Shown: in pieces, positions 9,321 to 20,047 of the stretch
Layout: each line of letters begins with the position of its first letter
Numbering within the stretch: position 1 is the stretch's first letter
IMG/VR virus record: IMGVR_UViG_3300005460_000001
Location: 62,001-126,000 of that record
Source of the DNA: an uncultured virus (IMG/VR IMGVR_UViG_3300005460_000001)
Taxonomy: Duplodnaviria; Heunggongvirae; Uroviricota; Caudoviricetes
DNA: 64,000 bases
Reading direction: 5' to 3' (one strand)
Position numbers and translations under genes: made by a program
The notes under the pieces: model-generated
Told to the model about the DNA's origin: nothing
What the model saw: only the letters and a program-made list of their open reading frames with translations
The model's database searches: none

Positions 9321-10940
9321 ATGAAAGTAGACGTTTTTAATACTTCTATTGTAATTAGTGATTACGAGTGGGACAGTTGTCTAACACTTCAAAATAATTT
9401 TAAAATAAGAATACCAGTTACTGTAAGTTATACGACATATGGGTATTTTGGTATTTATTATGATAAGGAAAACAAAAAGCTTTACCTTCCAAGAGGGATA
9501 GATATATGGTATCTTGAGTCTATATTAAATACTACAGCAATTATTCATAAGAATGAAGCATATAAATATGATAGATATAACGATTTTAGAGTAAAGAAAA
9601 TGCCAAGAGACGAAGTACAGGAACAAGCTCTGAGATTTATGGTTGGAAGGGGAGAATACAGGTCTACAGCAACAAAAAGCCAGTTATCATTAAATCTTAA
9701 CACAGGGAAGGGTAAAACGTATGTTGCTATATCTACAATAGCAATATTGCGTATGAAGGCTTTGATAATTATGTACTCCACAAATTTAATTGAACAGTGG
9801 AAAGAGGAAATCTTAAATATAACCAATTTGACAAATAAACAGGTCAAGATTGTATCTGGTTCTATTAATATTAAAAGGCTGTTGAGCAAAGATTCAGATG
9901 ATGGTGTTATATATCTAATCACGCACGGAACGTTGGAAAGTTATGCCAAGACAAACGGATGGGAAGCCGTTGGAGAATTTGTTAAGCATTTAAAGGTAGG
10001 CATCAAGATATTCGATGAAGCACATCAAAATTTTGAAAATCTGTTAATGATAGATTTCTTTACCAATGTGTATAAAAATTACTATCTTACTGCTACAGCT
10101 TTACGTTCGTCTACAGATGAAGATAAGATTTATCAATTAAGCTTTAAGAATGTTCCACAAATAGATTTATTTGATGAAGAGACTGATCCACATACTAGAT
10201 ACACTGCTATTAAATTTTCATCTAATCCATCTGCTATAGAGATGTCTAGCTGTAAAAATCAATATGGTTTAGATAGAAATAAGTATGTAGATTATCTGGT
10301 TTCTAAGCCTAAGTTTTATAGCATATTAAGAATAATGATGGATATAGCTATCAAAAGAACAAATAATGGTGGCAAGTGTTTAATGTATATAGGCACCAAT
10401 GCAGCTATACAAAAAGTATATGAATGGATGGTGCATAATTATTCATGGTTAGAAAACGATATTGGTATTCTAAGCACGTTGGTATCAAGTGAGGAACGAA
10501 AAAGAAACACAGAGAAAAGAATCATGCTGTCCACAACCAAATCAGCGGGTACTGGAATAGATATTAAAGGGTTAGTATTAACCATACTTTTAGCTGAGCC
10601 ATTCAAGTCCGGAGTATTAGCTAGACAAACTCTTGGGAGAACCAGAGATTCCGATACAGAATATATAGAACTAGTCGATACATCATTTCCGCAATGTAGA
10701 AAATATTATGGATTCAAGAAACCTATATTCTTAAAATATGCTACTGATTGTAGAGAAATGATAATGACTGATGATTTTATTGACTGTAAATTATTAGATT
10801 TATACGCTGGGTCTATACGTGAATTCATAGAACGTAATTATTATAATTGGAATGTACCTGGAATGGTATATAATTGTGGTTTAACTCCCGGGATGATTTA
10901 TGACTATGGACTAACTCGGGGGATGGTTTATGATGAATAG
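9321..10940 (+). CDS. superfamily 2 DNA helicase (UvsW-like)
   Basis: LNTGKGKT (I), IFDEAH (II), LTAT (III), QTLGRTR (VI); start taken at ATG 9321. Confidence 0.85.
   Translation: MKVDVFNTSIVISDYEWDSCLTLQNNFKIRIPVTVSYTTYGYFGIYYDKENKKLYLPRGIDIWYLESILNTTAIIHKNEAYKYDRYNDFRVKKMPRDEVQEQALRFMVGRGEYRSTATKSQLSLNLNTGKGKTYVAISTIAILRMKALIIMYSTNLIEQWKEEILNITNLTNKQVKIVSGSINIKRLLSKDSDDGVIYLITHGTLESYAKTNGWEAVGEFVKHLKVGIKIFDEAHQNFENLLMIDFFTNVYKNYYLTATALRSSTDEDKIYQLSFKNVPQIDLFDEETDPHTRYTAIKFSSNPSAIEMSSCKNQYGLDRNKYVDYLVSKPKFYSILRIMMDIAIKRTNNGGKCLMYIGTNAAIQKVYEWMVHNYSWLENDIGILSTLVSSEERKRNTEKRIMLSTTKSAGTGIDIKGLVLTILLAEPFKSGVLARQTLGRTRDSDTEYIELVDTSFPQCRKYYGFKKPIFLKYATDCREMIMTDDFIDCKLLDLYAGSIREFIERNYYNWNVPGMVYNCGLTPGMIYDYGLTRGMVYDE
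10857..10937 (+). repeat. three tandem ~30-nt repeats encoding (P/R)GM(V/I)Y units at the helicase C-terminus
   Basis: PGMVYNCGLT-PGMIYDYGLT-RGMVYDE*. Confidence 0.9.
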
Positions 10941-10960
10941 TTATATATTATATTCATGAA
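10941..10960 (+). promoter_or_regulatory. candidate early promoter
   Basis: ttatatattatattcatgaa, near-identical to 25197-25216. Confidence 0.55.
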
Positions 10961-10991
10961 TACAAAAATATAATAAGGAGGTCGTCTGGTT

Positions 10992-11708
10992 ATGGAACAG
11001 GGAATGACATACCTTGATTATGATAAGATATCCGACGACCTCTGTTGGCTTGGAAAAAGTATTGTAGTTAGAATGGTTGTCGGTTTATCAAATAAATATA
11101 ATAATGAAAGAAAGCATTTTCATAAAGAATATGGCTATGAAAGCAACTTTGGCACTTTATATACAATAAGAAGATCTTTTAATTATTATATTTCTATTGA
11201 CCATCTTCATAATAAGGAAAGTGTTATAATATCAATAAAGGATATTCTATTATTAAGGATGAAGATAAATGAAGCGTTCAGATGGTTTAGTGATGGAACG
11301 TTTGCTATTAAAAAAGATAATCTTATAATTACAGACAGAAAGAAATGCATAATAGATGGGTTGACATGTAAAAAAGAAATGATGCTCGAACCCATTATAA
11401 TTGAAGACGAGCAGAAAGTTCAGTCACAAGGTATAAGAATGACATTAGTAAATACTGAGACATATAGTGATATTCATATTAATGCATTTGCTGGATTTGT
11501 TTATCTGATGAACCAAATAGATATGTATGCGGCTGCGCAAAATTTAATTAATTACGTTGGTCGCCCAGAATTTGGAACAAATCTATATACTTTTGAAAAT
11601 CCTAATTATGGTTTAAACCAACCGCAACCTGAAAACAATATTAAAATTAGAGAACTACCAAAGAAAGATTCTAATAAGTCATTTTTTGATAGATTAGACG
11701 ATATGTAG
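10992..11708 (+). CDS. hypothetical protein
   Basis: ORF with AAGGAGG RBS; begins MEQGMTY. Confidence 0.75.
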   Translation: MEQGMTYLDYDKISDDLCWLGKSIVVRMVVGLSNKYNNERKHFHKEYGYESNFGTLYTIRRSFNYYISIDHLHNKESVIISIKDILLLRMKINEAFRWFSDGTFAIKKDNLIITDRKKCIIDGLTCKKEMMLEPIIIEDEQKVQSQGIRMTLVNTETYSDIHINAFAGFVYLMNQIDMYAAAQNLINYVGRPEFGTNLYTFENPNYGLNQPQPENNIKIRELPKKDSNKSFFDRLDDM

Positions 11709-11723
11709 AAGGGAGGTAATTCT

Positions 11724-12062
11724 ATGGACAACGGTTATATAGTTGCTAAACTACAAGAATACTTTATTAGATATAATCATAATCATGAAACAGTATCACC
11801 AATTGGAAATTTACAGGTGAAATCGCATATAACACAGGAAGGAATCAATGTGGATATAATATCTGTTGGAAATGATAGCGCATTTGCTGTATTTGTATAT
11901 GGTGATGAGGATTATGGATGTGCTACAATTAAAGCCAATGGCCATCCAATACATACAGATTTTGTACAATTTGTACAAAAACCAGATTTCATCACCGATT
12001 CCACATTAGGATTATATAATTATATTTCTACCATTATTACTACAATGAAAGAGAGGGATTAA
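11724..12062 (+). CDS. hypothetical protein
   Basis: ORF with GGAGG RBS. Confidence 0.7.
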   Translation: MDNGYIVAKLQEYFIRYNHNHETVSPIGNLQVKSHITQEGINVDIISVGNDSAFAVFVYGDEDYGCATIKANGHPIHTDFVQFVQKPDFITDSTLGLYNYISTIITTMKERD

Positions 12063-12064
12063 AA

Positions 12065-12409
12065 ATGAATTTAACACAAGACAAAATAGCTATTGTAAAT
12101 AATATAACTGATAGAAAATCAGAAGTAATAGCTAAACAATTAGAAGCCACATACGGAATGACTTTCAAGGTATTAGAAAATGATAAGTTTCAATACGTTC
12201 ATTCACTTAAGGGTGAAAGAAATTCTGGTATTTTGAAATCCGATTATCCGCAAAACTATATAAATGCAGTTGTGATGGAATCTATGAAAATGGAATGTGA
12301 TGGAGTAGTTATTAATACTAAGGATACCGGCATTCTTGATGAAATAACTAAAAGAACCCAAACTCCAATTGCAATGTTTACAGAGCGTCATTCTATGTTT
12401 GGAGCATAA
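12065..12409 (+). CDS. hypothetical protein
   Basis: ORF in operon. Confidence 0.7.
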   Translation: MNLTQDKIAIVNNITDRKSEVIAKQLEATYGMTFKVLENDKFQYVHSLKGERNSGILKSDYPQNYINAVVMESMKMECDGVVINTKDTGILDEITKRTQTPIAMFTERHSMFGA

Positions 12410-12424
12410 GGAGGGTACAAGATT

Positions 12425-12811
12425 ATGAAGAAAATACTTATAAACAAATCTTGTTATGCATCTACTAAATTGAGAGATATGATCATTGATATATTTAAAG
12501 CAAACTCCGCTGAAATTATAAATATAACAATAGTACCAAGTAGTTTGTACAAAGAGACGGATAGTGAAGATTATATAGATGCCATTCGAGCAGCGATGTC
12601 AAAAGAAAGAGATGATATTATTATAGTAGATGGTATTGATGAAAATGACATTACAACAAGTTTTCCAGATTTCTCTAGAAATAATATTATGAAGTTTGAG
12701 AATAACGAACTGTTAATACAGTTTAAAGTGTCAAACAGTGAATTCATCAATGATCCAAAAATAAATGAATTAGCAGAAAATTTAAAATCTCAAATGCATT
12801 TTAGTTTGTGA
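12425..12811 (+). CDS. hypothetical protein
   Basis: ORF with AAGGAGG RBS. Confidence 0.7.
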   Translation: MKKILINKSCYASTKLRDMIIDIFKANSAEIINITIVPSSLYKETDSEDYIDAIRAAMSKERDDIIIVDGIDENDITTSFPDFSRNNIMKFENNELLIQFKVSNSEFINDPKINELAENLKSQMHFSL

Positions 12812-12838
12812 AATCATATCATTACGCTTAAAACAAAT

Positions 12839-12864
12839 GTGGAGTAGGGAAATCCCTACTCCAC
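12839..12864. terminator. bidirectional terminator hairpin
   Basis: gtggagtaggg-aaat-ccctactccac between convergent genes. Confidence 0.75.
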
Positions 12865-12881
12865 CTCATTTATTTTTTGTC

Positions 12882-13649
12882 TTATACTGTAAATATCATA
12901 GGTTGGTTCTTATTAGCAGCAGAAACATATCCTTCTTTTATTTGTTGTATAACTTCATCTCGTTTTCCGGCTTCTGCCTCTAAGTCTTGAAGTTTAAGAT
13001 CTATAGTGGTATATACAGTTTGAAGCTGATCGTAATACTTTAAGAATCGGTATAAGAAGGTTGCTACATCTGCTTGTGCCAATGCTTCGAACGTTTCCAT
13101 TTGCGTTGGAGATATTGTAGTTAGATTCTTGTTATGCTCTAAGAATATCCCTATATGGAATTTTCTCATATTCAATCCCAAATCACGACTAGTGGTACTT
13201 ACTAGCCTTATACGATTTGGAGGATCAAATTCTGGGTATATTCCATTGTTAAACAGAGACATGTGATCTGCTCTCATTTGCAATAGAGCCACGTCGTCCA
13301 TTCCATAGTTCATTCCTAAAAAATCATAAATACCATATCCAGAATTTTGCTGAATAGACAAAGAATCCACAGCAAAATCTTCCCAGCTTAAATCTCTAAT
13401 GCCTAAAACTTTAGCGTCCCCAAGATAATCCTCATCTATATAGTACCACCCATCAACTCTATCATCTGGTCCAAATTCATAATTAAATAAGTATGGGAAA
13501 TATCTAGAGAATGTAACAAGTGTATCATTTTCTATTACATTAGCCCATTTATTTTTTTTCACTTCATCTGGTAAATTCAAGGGTTTAGTGCCTAGTCTTA
13601 TCTCAAGTTTGTCTAATAACTTAGACATATTATTTGCATATCCTGCCAT
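12882..13649 (-). CDS. probable virion structural protein (neck/head-completion-like)
   Basis: co-transcribed with prohead protease; function inferred from context only. Confidence 0.5.
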   Translation of the reverse strand: MAGYANNMSKLLDKLEIRLGTKPLNLPDEVKKNKWANVIENDTLVTFSRYFPYLFNYEFGPDDRVDGWYYIDEDYLGDAKVLGIRDLSWEDFAVDSLSIQQNSGYGIYDFLGMNYGMDDVALLQMRADHMSLFNNGIYPEFDPPNRIRLVSTTSRDLGLNMRKFHIGIFLEHNKNLTTISPTQMETFEALAQADVATFLYRFLKYYDQLQTVYTTIDLKLQDLEAEAGKRDEVIQQIKEGYVSAANKNQPMIFTV

Positions 13650-13661
13650 ATAATATCACCT

Positions 13662-14510
13662 CTATTTGATAAGTTTAAGGGCATCATTCATTATCTCATC
13701 ATGAATATAACTTTCAAGATTTGCTACAAAGATACCTCCAACTTTATCTGTGAGCTTAACTTGTGTTCCTCCGTTAATAAGTTCGATATTATCATAAAGA
13801 AGATCATAAGATTCTTTAATAGTCTTAAAGTTTGCTGACTCTTCTTTTATGTAATTTAATACCGAAGTATTAGTAATCGGAATTATCATACCTGCGTCGT
13901 TCTCTTGTACGACTAATTGATTTCCGTTTCCATCTACTATAGAACCAGCAGCAGACTCAGAAACGATTCCAGTACCATATGCTCTCGGGTGAGACGGATA
14001 AATAACTCTATCCCATGTAATTACTTTAATACCTTTAACTTCTGCTCCTCTAGAGGTATTCTGTATAGTACCTAATGCTCTTAACGACCATGATGGAATA
14101 AACCCGTCTCTGAGATCTTTATCAAACTCATCTCCAAATGCATTGTTTGTACCACGATACCAGGCCTTAATAAAGTTTCCATCCGTCCAAAGCTTAAGGA
14201 AAATAGCAGTAGCCATAGCTGGATCTATTGTTTGTTGTCTGATAAGCTCTTTAGACAGCGGATGACCGTTTTCTGCACGAAGATTTCCAGTGGTTAAAAG
14301 TTCCAAGGTTCTAGGAGCAGATACTTGCGGGAATAAATCCCTAGAATCATAGTATCTTCCATTACGATTTTTCTCATTTGCTTCTTGAAGATTTCCTTCT
14401 CCTATTAGCTTTCCGCTACTATCTCTTTTTACTATTTTAGCAGGTTCTGGATTTATGATAGTCTGCGTTTCTATAATAACGTATCCGATATTTGAGTTCG
14501 GCTGAATCAT
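13662..14510 (-). CDS. prohead core protease (T4 gp21-like)
   Basis: NRNGRYY, ENGHP, WSLRALG, TWDRVIYPSH motifs. Confidence 0.85.
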   Translation of the reverse strand: MIQPNSNIGYVIIETQTIINPEPAKIVKRDSSGKLIGEGNLQEANEKNRNGRYYDSRDLFPQVSAPRTLELLTTGNLRAENGHPLSKELIRQQTIDPAMATAIFLKLWTDGNFIKAWYRGTNNAFGDEFDKDLRDGFIPSWSLRALGTIQNTSRGAEVKGIKVITWDRVIYPSHPRAYGTGIVSESAAGSIVDGNGNQLVVQENDAGMIIPITNTSVLNYIKEESANFKTIKESYDLLYDNIELINGGTQVKLTDKVGGIFVANLESYIHDEIMNDALKLIK

Positions 14511-14580
14511 TTTATTTATCCTCCTTTATACGGTAATCATATTACTATTGATGTTCAATTTGGCCAATTTTGATAGGTTT

Positions 14581-14592
14581 AACAATATATTA
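14581..14592 (+). promoter_or_regulatory. late promoter AACA-N6-TA
   Basis: exact motif. Confidence 0.75.
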
Positions 14593-14624
14593 ATCATTAA
14601 ATCTTTATATTAGGAGGGCTGAGT

Positions 14625-17168
14625 ATGAAATCAGTAATACCATTTAGAAAGGTATTGTCCAGGAAATTTGATGTTGGAAATGTGTATGGGAACGGTGGAT
14701 ATGTATTAAATTATGGCGCTCTAACAGCAAACCCAACTCATACTAATGTAAAACTATTTGTTGAATTCGGAGTAAGCGATTCTCCTGATATTAAGTTTAA
14801 TCAGACTTTAGATTTAGTTAATCTTCTTAAAGAAGAAGACAGGGATGGACTTACTGATACCATTTTAAATTTAATGGATGGGATAGTAAATTTAGAGAAT
14901 GCTATAGAAAAAATATCATCTTCAAAATTTGATAGTGATTCTAAAAATGAATTAATTGAGAGATGCAATGTTTTAGAAGCATGTGATCGTGTTTTAAGAA
15001 ACAGAGCAAAGATACAAAAAAGATTTAATTTTGACAAAGTCATAAGAGAAAATAAATATGGAGACTTAAAGCATACTGTAAATGAATTATGCGCATTAAT
15101 AGATACTTATGATATTTCTAGTAAGGCTAAACTGAATATTGCTATAGAAAATATAAATTATTCTTTCTTAGCATCTGGAAATGAACAAAATGTAAATGAG
15201 GTTACGGATTATATTGTCGGCTATTTTTTGTCTAGAAGTCCTATAATTACTGATAAAGATGCCAATGGGTATATTGATGTATTAGAAAACAACCTATTTA
15301 TTGATAAAGATTCTATTCCAGCATATCATACTATGATATATAATAGAGATAATGAATTTGGTTGTACATTTGTAAATGCTATAAATAATATAGCAGTACA
15401 ATGTGAAAGTGCGGAGATGACAAGTTTAATTGAATCTATGCCTCGTATAACTACAGAAAAGACGGCATCTGGTTTTATGGATAGATTTAAGAAATTATGC
15501 CAAGAAGAAACTATTCCTGATTCTGATATAATGAATGGAATAAAGGCATTCTGCACTCTTCCACTTATAGGTTCAATAAATAGTGAATTTATTTGCTATC
15601 AATTGGATAAACAAATAGATTTGGAAATAAAGGATAGAATTAAAGATTACGAAGGAGATATTACTGTATCTACGGTAATCAAAAATAATGATTTAGTTAC
15701 CATGTCAGAATTTGTTTCATCCATAACAGAGGCAAAGGCATTAAAAGATGACGAAGATGAAGAACAGATAGATCTTCTTGAGGCTTTATTGGATAACGAT
15801 AATTTCAAGAAAGATATAGAGTCTTTTAAAACTAGCCAGAAGAAAACTCCATCTGCTTTTAAGGCATTAATCAATAAAGCGCTGACAAAATCGCCAGAGG
15901 CTTTATTAGATGAAGCTCCAGATTTATTAGCTCTTGGTAGAGGCATGATATATATTTGTATAGCAGCTTTACTACCATATGGTCCAGTTATTGCTGGTAT
16001 ATCCATGCTAATTATGAAATTAATAGGAATGAAGTTAAATATCAATAAGGCCAAGCAATTAATGAGACATCTTAAGAAAGAAAAAGAAGCTGCTGTAAAG
16101 AAAAAGGATAAGCTTAAAAGTGATAAAGAGAAAAAAGCCACAGAGGAATATATCGCTTGCCTTGATAAAGGTATCAAGAAATTAGCTGATTATATCCTTG
16201 ACATAGATGATGAAGACGACGAAGCATCAGATGCATCTATTGGTAGCCTTTCAAAAGATGATGATGAATTTGATTTTGGCGATGATAATGATGATTTCGA
16301 CTTTGGAGATTTTAGCTTTGAAGAAGCAGTATCATTTACCGGAAGATTATTGGAAGCAGTAATAGATATAGAAGAAACCTCTTCAGTATTTATACCTAAT
16401 ATTCCATCGTATCTTGTAGGGGAATCTTTGACAGAATGCAGTGGGCTGTTTTCTAATTGCCCAAAGGAACTAAGAGACCAATTTTATTCTACTATAGATT
16501 TACAATTAAAGCAGAGCAAAGACTCTATAACAAATACGATATGCACAATCTTATTGGACTCTAAAGACAGAGATATATTAGAAGCAAATACATATGCTAA
16601 AGTCTTTTTGCAAAGAGATGCTATGAAAGAAGCAATACGTGTTGTGAACGAAGCATTTGACCTTAATACTCTTAAGCTTGCATTTGTGAATTTTAAGAAT
16701 AAAGCTAAACAGCTTAAATCTAAAGAGCAAGCGGTATGGAGAAATATTGATATTGCCGCATCGGGTTTGAGTAAAGGATTTCAGAGAGCTTTAACCTCAG
16801 ACAGAAGAGAAGCAATTATTAAAGGTTCAATTATACCTTCATTTTCAAAAATAATCAAATCAGCATTAGCAGTTGGGGCCGTTGGTGCATTTACTGGACC
16901 TGTAGGAGCCGCTATAACTGCATTAGGCGGATTTGCTGTATCTAAGTCTTTAAATCATAAAGAAAGAATGCTTATTTATGATGAAATAGATACAGAGCTT
17001 CAAGTAGTAGAGAAACAACTACAGCTTGCCGAAAGCGAAGGAGATATGAATCAATATAGATTCCTGCTTAATTATCAAAAGAAATTGCAGAGAGAAAAGC
17101 AGCGTATCAAATATGGTATTAAGATGCAAGGAAGAGATTTACCAGAAATTAAAGGTGGTGACAAATAA
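14625..17168 (+). CDS. large virion/internal head protein
   Basis: 847 aa in head module; acidic linkers and many hydrophobic-x-E-A/S sites. Confidence 0.55.
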   Translation: MKSVIPFRKVLSRKFDVGNVYGNGGYVLNYGALTANPTHTNVKLFVEFGVSDSPDIKFNQTLDLVNLLKEEDRDGLTDTILNLMDGIVNLENAIEKISSSKFDSDSKNELIERCNVLEACDRVLRNRAKIQKRFNFDKVIRENKYGDLKHTVNELCALIDTYDISSKAKLNIAIENINYSFLASGNEQNVNEVTDYIVGYFLSRSPIITDKDANGYIDVLENNLFIDKDSIPAYHTMIYNRDNEFGCTFVNAINNIAVQCESAEMTSLIESMPRITTEKTASGFMDRFKKLCQEETIPDSDIMNGIKAFCTLPLIGSINSEFICYQLDKQIDLEIKDRIKDYEGDITVSTVIKNNDLVTMSEFVSSITEAKALKDDEDEEQIDLLEALLDNDNFKKDIESFKTSQKKTPSAFKALINKALTKSPEALLDEAPDLLALGRGMIYICIAALLPYGPVIAGISMLIMKLIGMKLNINKAKQLMRHLKKEKEAAVKKKDKLKSDKEKKATEEYIACLDKGIKKLADYILDIDDEDDEASDASIGSLSKDDDEFDFGDDNDDFDFGDFSFEEAVSFTGRLLEAVIDIEETSSVFIPNIPSYLVGESLTECSGLFSNCPKELRDQFYSTIDLQLKQSKDSITNTICTILLDSKDRDILEANTYAKVFLQRDAMKEAIRVVNEAFDLNTLKLAFVNFKNKAKQLKSKEQAVWRNIDIAASGLSKGFQRALTSDRREAIIKGSIIPSFSKIIKSALAVGAVGAFTGPVGAAITALGGFAVSKSLNHKERMLIYDEIDTELQVVEKQLQLAESEGDMNQYRFLLNYQKKLQREKQRIKYGIKMQGRDLPEIKGGDK

Positions 17169-18055
17169 TGAGTGTTTTTATAGCGGCTGCAGAAACCAGA
17201 GATTCGTTTAAAAAGAAAATGTTAGATGAATTAGCCGGAGGGGATATTGAAACTGCTAAAGACCTATATGGCATATCTGTTAAAGAAGAAGTGGACCCCA
17301 CTTTGAGATTTTTTACAGATGAATTGTTTGATGAGATGATCCATGAGTTTGATGTAAACGGAGAAAATAGGGACTCCGACGATAACGAAGAATTAGACGC
17401 CGAAGAAGGAAATCCTGATGGGGAAGCAGAGGAAAATGAAGGAGAACAACCGGAGTCTCAAACTGAATCCGAAGAAAATACTGAAGAACCTGATAACGAT
17501 GAAGACTTCGAGCTTCCAGAAGACGAAGAAGAACAAGAAGATGACAACACTCCGTCAGATGAAGACGGAGCTAATGGTGTTAACGCGCCAGAAGAGGAAG
17601 AAAATGATGAAGACTTCAATATGGATGGAGAAAACGAAGAGGGAGAAGATACACCAGATGATGATACTTCTGAAGCAGACACTGACGCCGATGACTCATC
17701 AGATGATTCGTCTAAGTTAAAAGATTTGGAAACCGTGGCTTTTGCCGAATTAAATGAAGCAGAAAAGGAAGCTAAGATTAAGGAGTTAAAGGGGATATAT
17801 ATAAATATCTACGATAAATGCAAAACATTATCAGACAAGACAAATGATATTAAAAAGGATGACTCAACGATTCAAATCATAGAGTATATAAATAATTCCC
17901 TTACTGATCTTAGGCAATATATTTTAGATTATATCGAGACAATATTTGATTCCAAAACATACCCGGAAAATATTGCTCAAGTACAAAAATACATTGCTGT
18001 ACTTACTTCTATAAAAACCATTTTTGCAGAGTTAAAAAAGGATTTTGTTGAATAA
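17168..18055 (+). CDS. highly acidic head protein (scaffold-like)
   Basis: long D/E-rich disordered tract; directly upstream of the capsid gene. Confidence 0.55.
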   Translation: MSVFIAAAETRDSFKKKMLDELAGGDIETAKDLYGISVKEEVDPTLRFFTDELFDEMIHEFDVNGENRDSDDNEELDAEEGNPDGEAEENEGEQPESQTESEENTEEPDNDEDFELPEDEEEQEDDNTPSDEDGANGVNAPEEEENDEDFNMDGENEEGEDTPDDDTSEADTDADDSSDDSSKLKDLETVAFAELNEAEKEAKIKELKGIYINIYDKCKTLSDKTNDIKKDDSTIQIIEYINNSLTDLRQYILDYIETIFDSKTYPENIAQVQKYIAVLTSIKTIFAELKKDFVE

Positions 18056-18082
18056 ACTCCTCAGATGCCTATATCGGAAGAT

Positions 18083-18094
18083 AACAATATAGTA
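18083..18094 (+). promoter_or_regulatory. late promoter AACA-N6-TA
   Basis: exact motif upstream of the capsid gene. Confidence 0.75.
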
Positions 18095-18166
18095 AATATT
18101 TAATGTTAAAATTAAATATAAAACCAAAATTATTTAGAAATAAATTTAAAAGGAGGATATAAAACA

Positions 18167-19942
18167 ATGGCTATTGCTGGTGAAAGAAAAAGTAAGCATT
18201 TGGCTGAGGGCTACGAAACTCATTCAATGTATCCATATGCTGCAGCTGTTTGTGAAACAATGACAAATATTCGTCATGAAAATCATGTAGACGTTTTTAA
18301 AGATGCTCGTGATATGATCTTAAGCGACGGAGCTAATGCTACGATGAGGAACTTCTTTGTAGAGAACTCTTGCGACCCGGCTGGAATGACAGCGGCTCAA
18401 CTTGAAGATCACAGAATTACAATGGAAAATCAGTATGAAAATGATGTTGAGGCTATCCGCGAGAACGTTGGTACTGCTGAGATGAATCCGGTAGTCGGTA
18501 TGACTTTCCCGATGCATAAGAATATCTTAATGAATATGGTATTTGATAAGGGTTCTATTCAGAAAGTAGTTGCAATTAGTCCATCTATTCCGTTGACGAT
18601 GGAGACCCGTATCTTAGTAGACACAGAAGGTAATGAAATTGATATGTTCTTAGAGCAGAACAAGATGACTGCTGCTATTGACAAGACATCCGGGGAAAGA
18701 GATTTTGAAATCGATCTTCCGCTGAAAGACGACGTAGAGCTTGTTCATACATACCTTGGTGGCCTTGCTGGAGCAGATGAACTTTCCAGAGGTACTTATG
18801 TATCTGCAGTTCTGGTTAAGGATGTATACTATGAAGTAGGAGATATTCTTCCGGATCCGGATACCGGATATGTAGAAAGAAACGGAGAGAGAGCAACAAC
18901 GGCTGGTACCCATGATACATGGTACAAGGTTCAGCTTCCGTTCACACCTGGTTATCAGGGATTTGAAAGATCTCTTATGCAGCCTATTAAGATTGCACAT
19001 AAGACTCTTGACGGTACAGACGTAAAAGTTACGGAGTTTAAGGATATGCTTTCCGGTTCTATGGAGAAATCCAGAATCAACCTTATGTCTCTGAATGGAA
19101 ACGTTACGAAAGTAAGGATTCATTCTAAGCTGGATACATCTAATCATCGTCAAACGACATGTTCTGTTAAGTGGAAACAGAAAACAGATCTTATCGAGAT
19201 CGATGAAGCTATTCCGATCAATACAACCATCTCTCCGATGGAAGTAAAGGATATTAGTGCCCTGTACAATATCAATCAGCTTACGAAGATTATGGAGCTG
19301 ATCAAGACGGTGCTGGCGAATTACAAGGATGATAAGATTCTCGAATTCCTTGATAATTCCTTCGACAGATTGGACGCGAGGTCCTCTAATTACACTAACT
19401 TCGATTTCGCGCCGAGAGTAGGATATAGTGGAGATCACATCCAGCATCGTAAGGATACGTTCATGGAGCATCTTGATCGCCATGTTACGATTCTGTCTCA
19501 GGCTCTGAATGATCCGAGTATGACAGTAACAATTTTCGGAAATCCGGATATTGTCAGCAGGCTTACTCCGAATGAATACACATATCAGTCTCCGGCTTCA
19601 ATCGGCCCGATGGAGCTTGATTATCAGAAGACTGTTGTAAATTCTACAATGAAGAGAGTTTACAACTTCATTAGTTCTGATAAGATGCGTAACCGCGATG
19701 AGCTTATTGTTATCATGACTCCGACTGGTAATTCTAATCGTATTACCTACAGAATATATGATTATCAGATGTACATCGCTAATGAAATCAGAAATTCCAA
19801 TAATCCGGCACTTCCGGCTATTACGGCATTCGAGCGTTGGAAACCCGTAGAGTATCAGCCGGTACAGGGAAGAATTAATATTCTGAATCCGTCTGGAATC
19901 ACAGAAGATTACAATGCATTCCCGGTACGTGTATTAGATTAA
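18167..19942 (+). CDS. probable major capsid protein
   Basis: 591 aa; strong RBS, own promoter and terminator; codon usage distinct from neighbours (high-expression-like); follows protease and scaffold-like genes. Confidence 0.7.
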   Translation: MAIAGERKSKHLAEGYETHSMYPYAAAVCETMTNIRHENHVDVFKDARDMILSDGANATMRNFFVENSCDPAGMTAAQLEDHRITMENQYENDVEAIRENVGTAEMNPVVGMTFPMHKNILMNMVFDKGSIQKVVAISPSIPLTMETRILVDTEGNEIDMFLEQNKMTAAIDKTSGERDFEIDLPLKDDVELVHTYLGGLAGADELSRGTYVSAVLVKDVYYEVGDILPDPDTGYVERNGERATTAGTHDTWYKVQLPFTPGYQGFERSLMQPIKIAHKTLDGTDVKVTEFKDMLSGSMEKSRINLMSLNGNVTKVRIHSKLDTSNHRQTTCSVKWKQKTDLIEIDEAIPINTTISPMEVKDISALYNINQLTKIMELIKTVLANYKDDKILEFLDNSFDRLDARSSNYTNFDFAPRVGYSGDHIQHRKDTFMEHLDRHVTILSQALNDPSMTVTIFGNPDIVSRLTPNEYTYQSPASIGPMELDYQKTVVNSTMKRVYNFISSDKMRNRDELIVIMTPTGNSNRITYRIYDYQMYIANEIRNSNNPALPAITAFERWKPVEYQPVQGRINILNPSGITEDYNAFPVRVLD

Positions 19943-19961
19943 TAACCGATCTTTGCAGCTT

Positions 19962-19987
19962 GGGGAGGTGCCTTATGGTACCTCCCT
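19962..19987 (+). terminator. intrinsic terminator
   Basis: ggggaggtgcc-ttat-ggtacctccc followed by a T-rich tract. Confidence 0.7.
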
Positions 19988-20047
19988 TATATTTTTCTTT
20001 ATCATAGGCTGAAACATTTATAATAATACACATATAGGAGGTTAGCA

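Noticed and set aside
15939..15953. RGMIY in the 14625 head protein (also LGMNY in the 12882 ORF)
   Set aside because: Internal and in virion-type proteins (the first in a hydrophobic segment); consistent with chance background, so not counted as tag copies.
17418..17720. Alternative-frame ORFs in the acidic gene
   Set aside because: Low-complexity frame shadows.
18650..19483. 277-aa antisense ORF inside the capsid gene
   Set aside because: Shadow of the sense gene's codon bias; no RBS or promoter seen.
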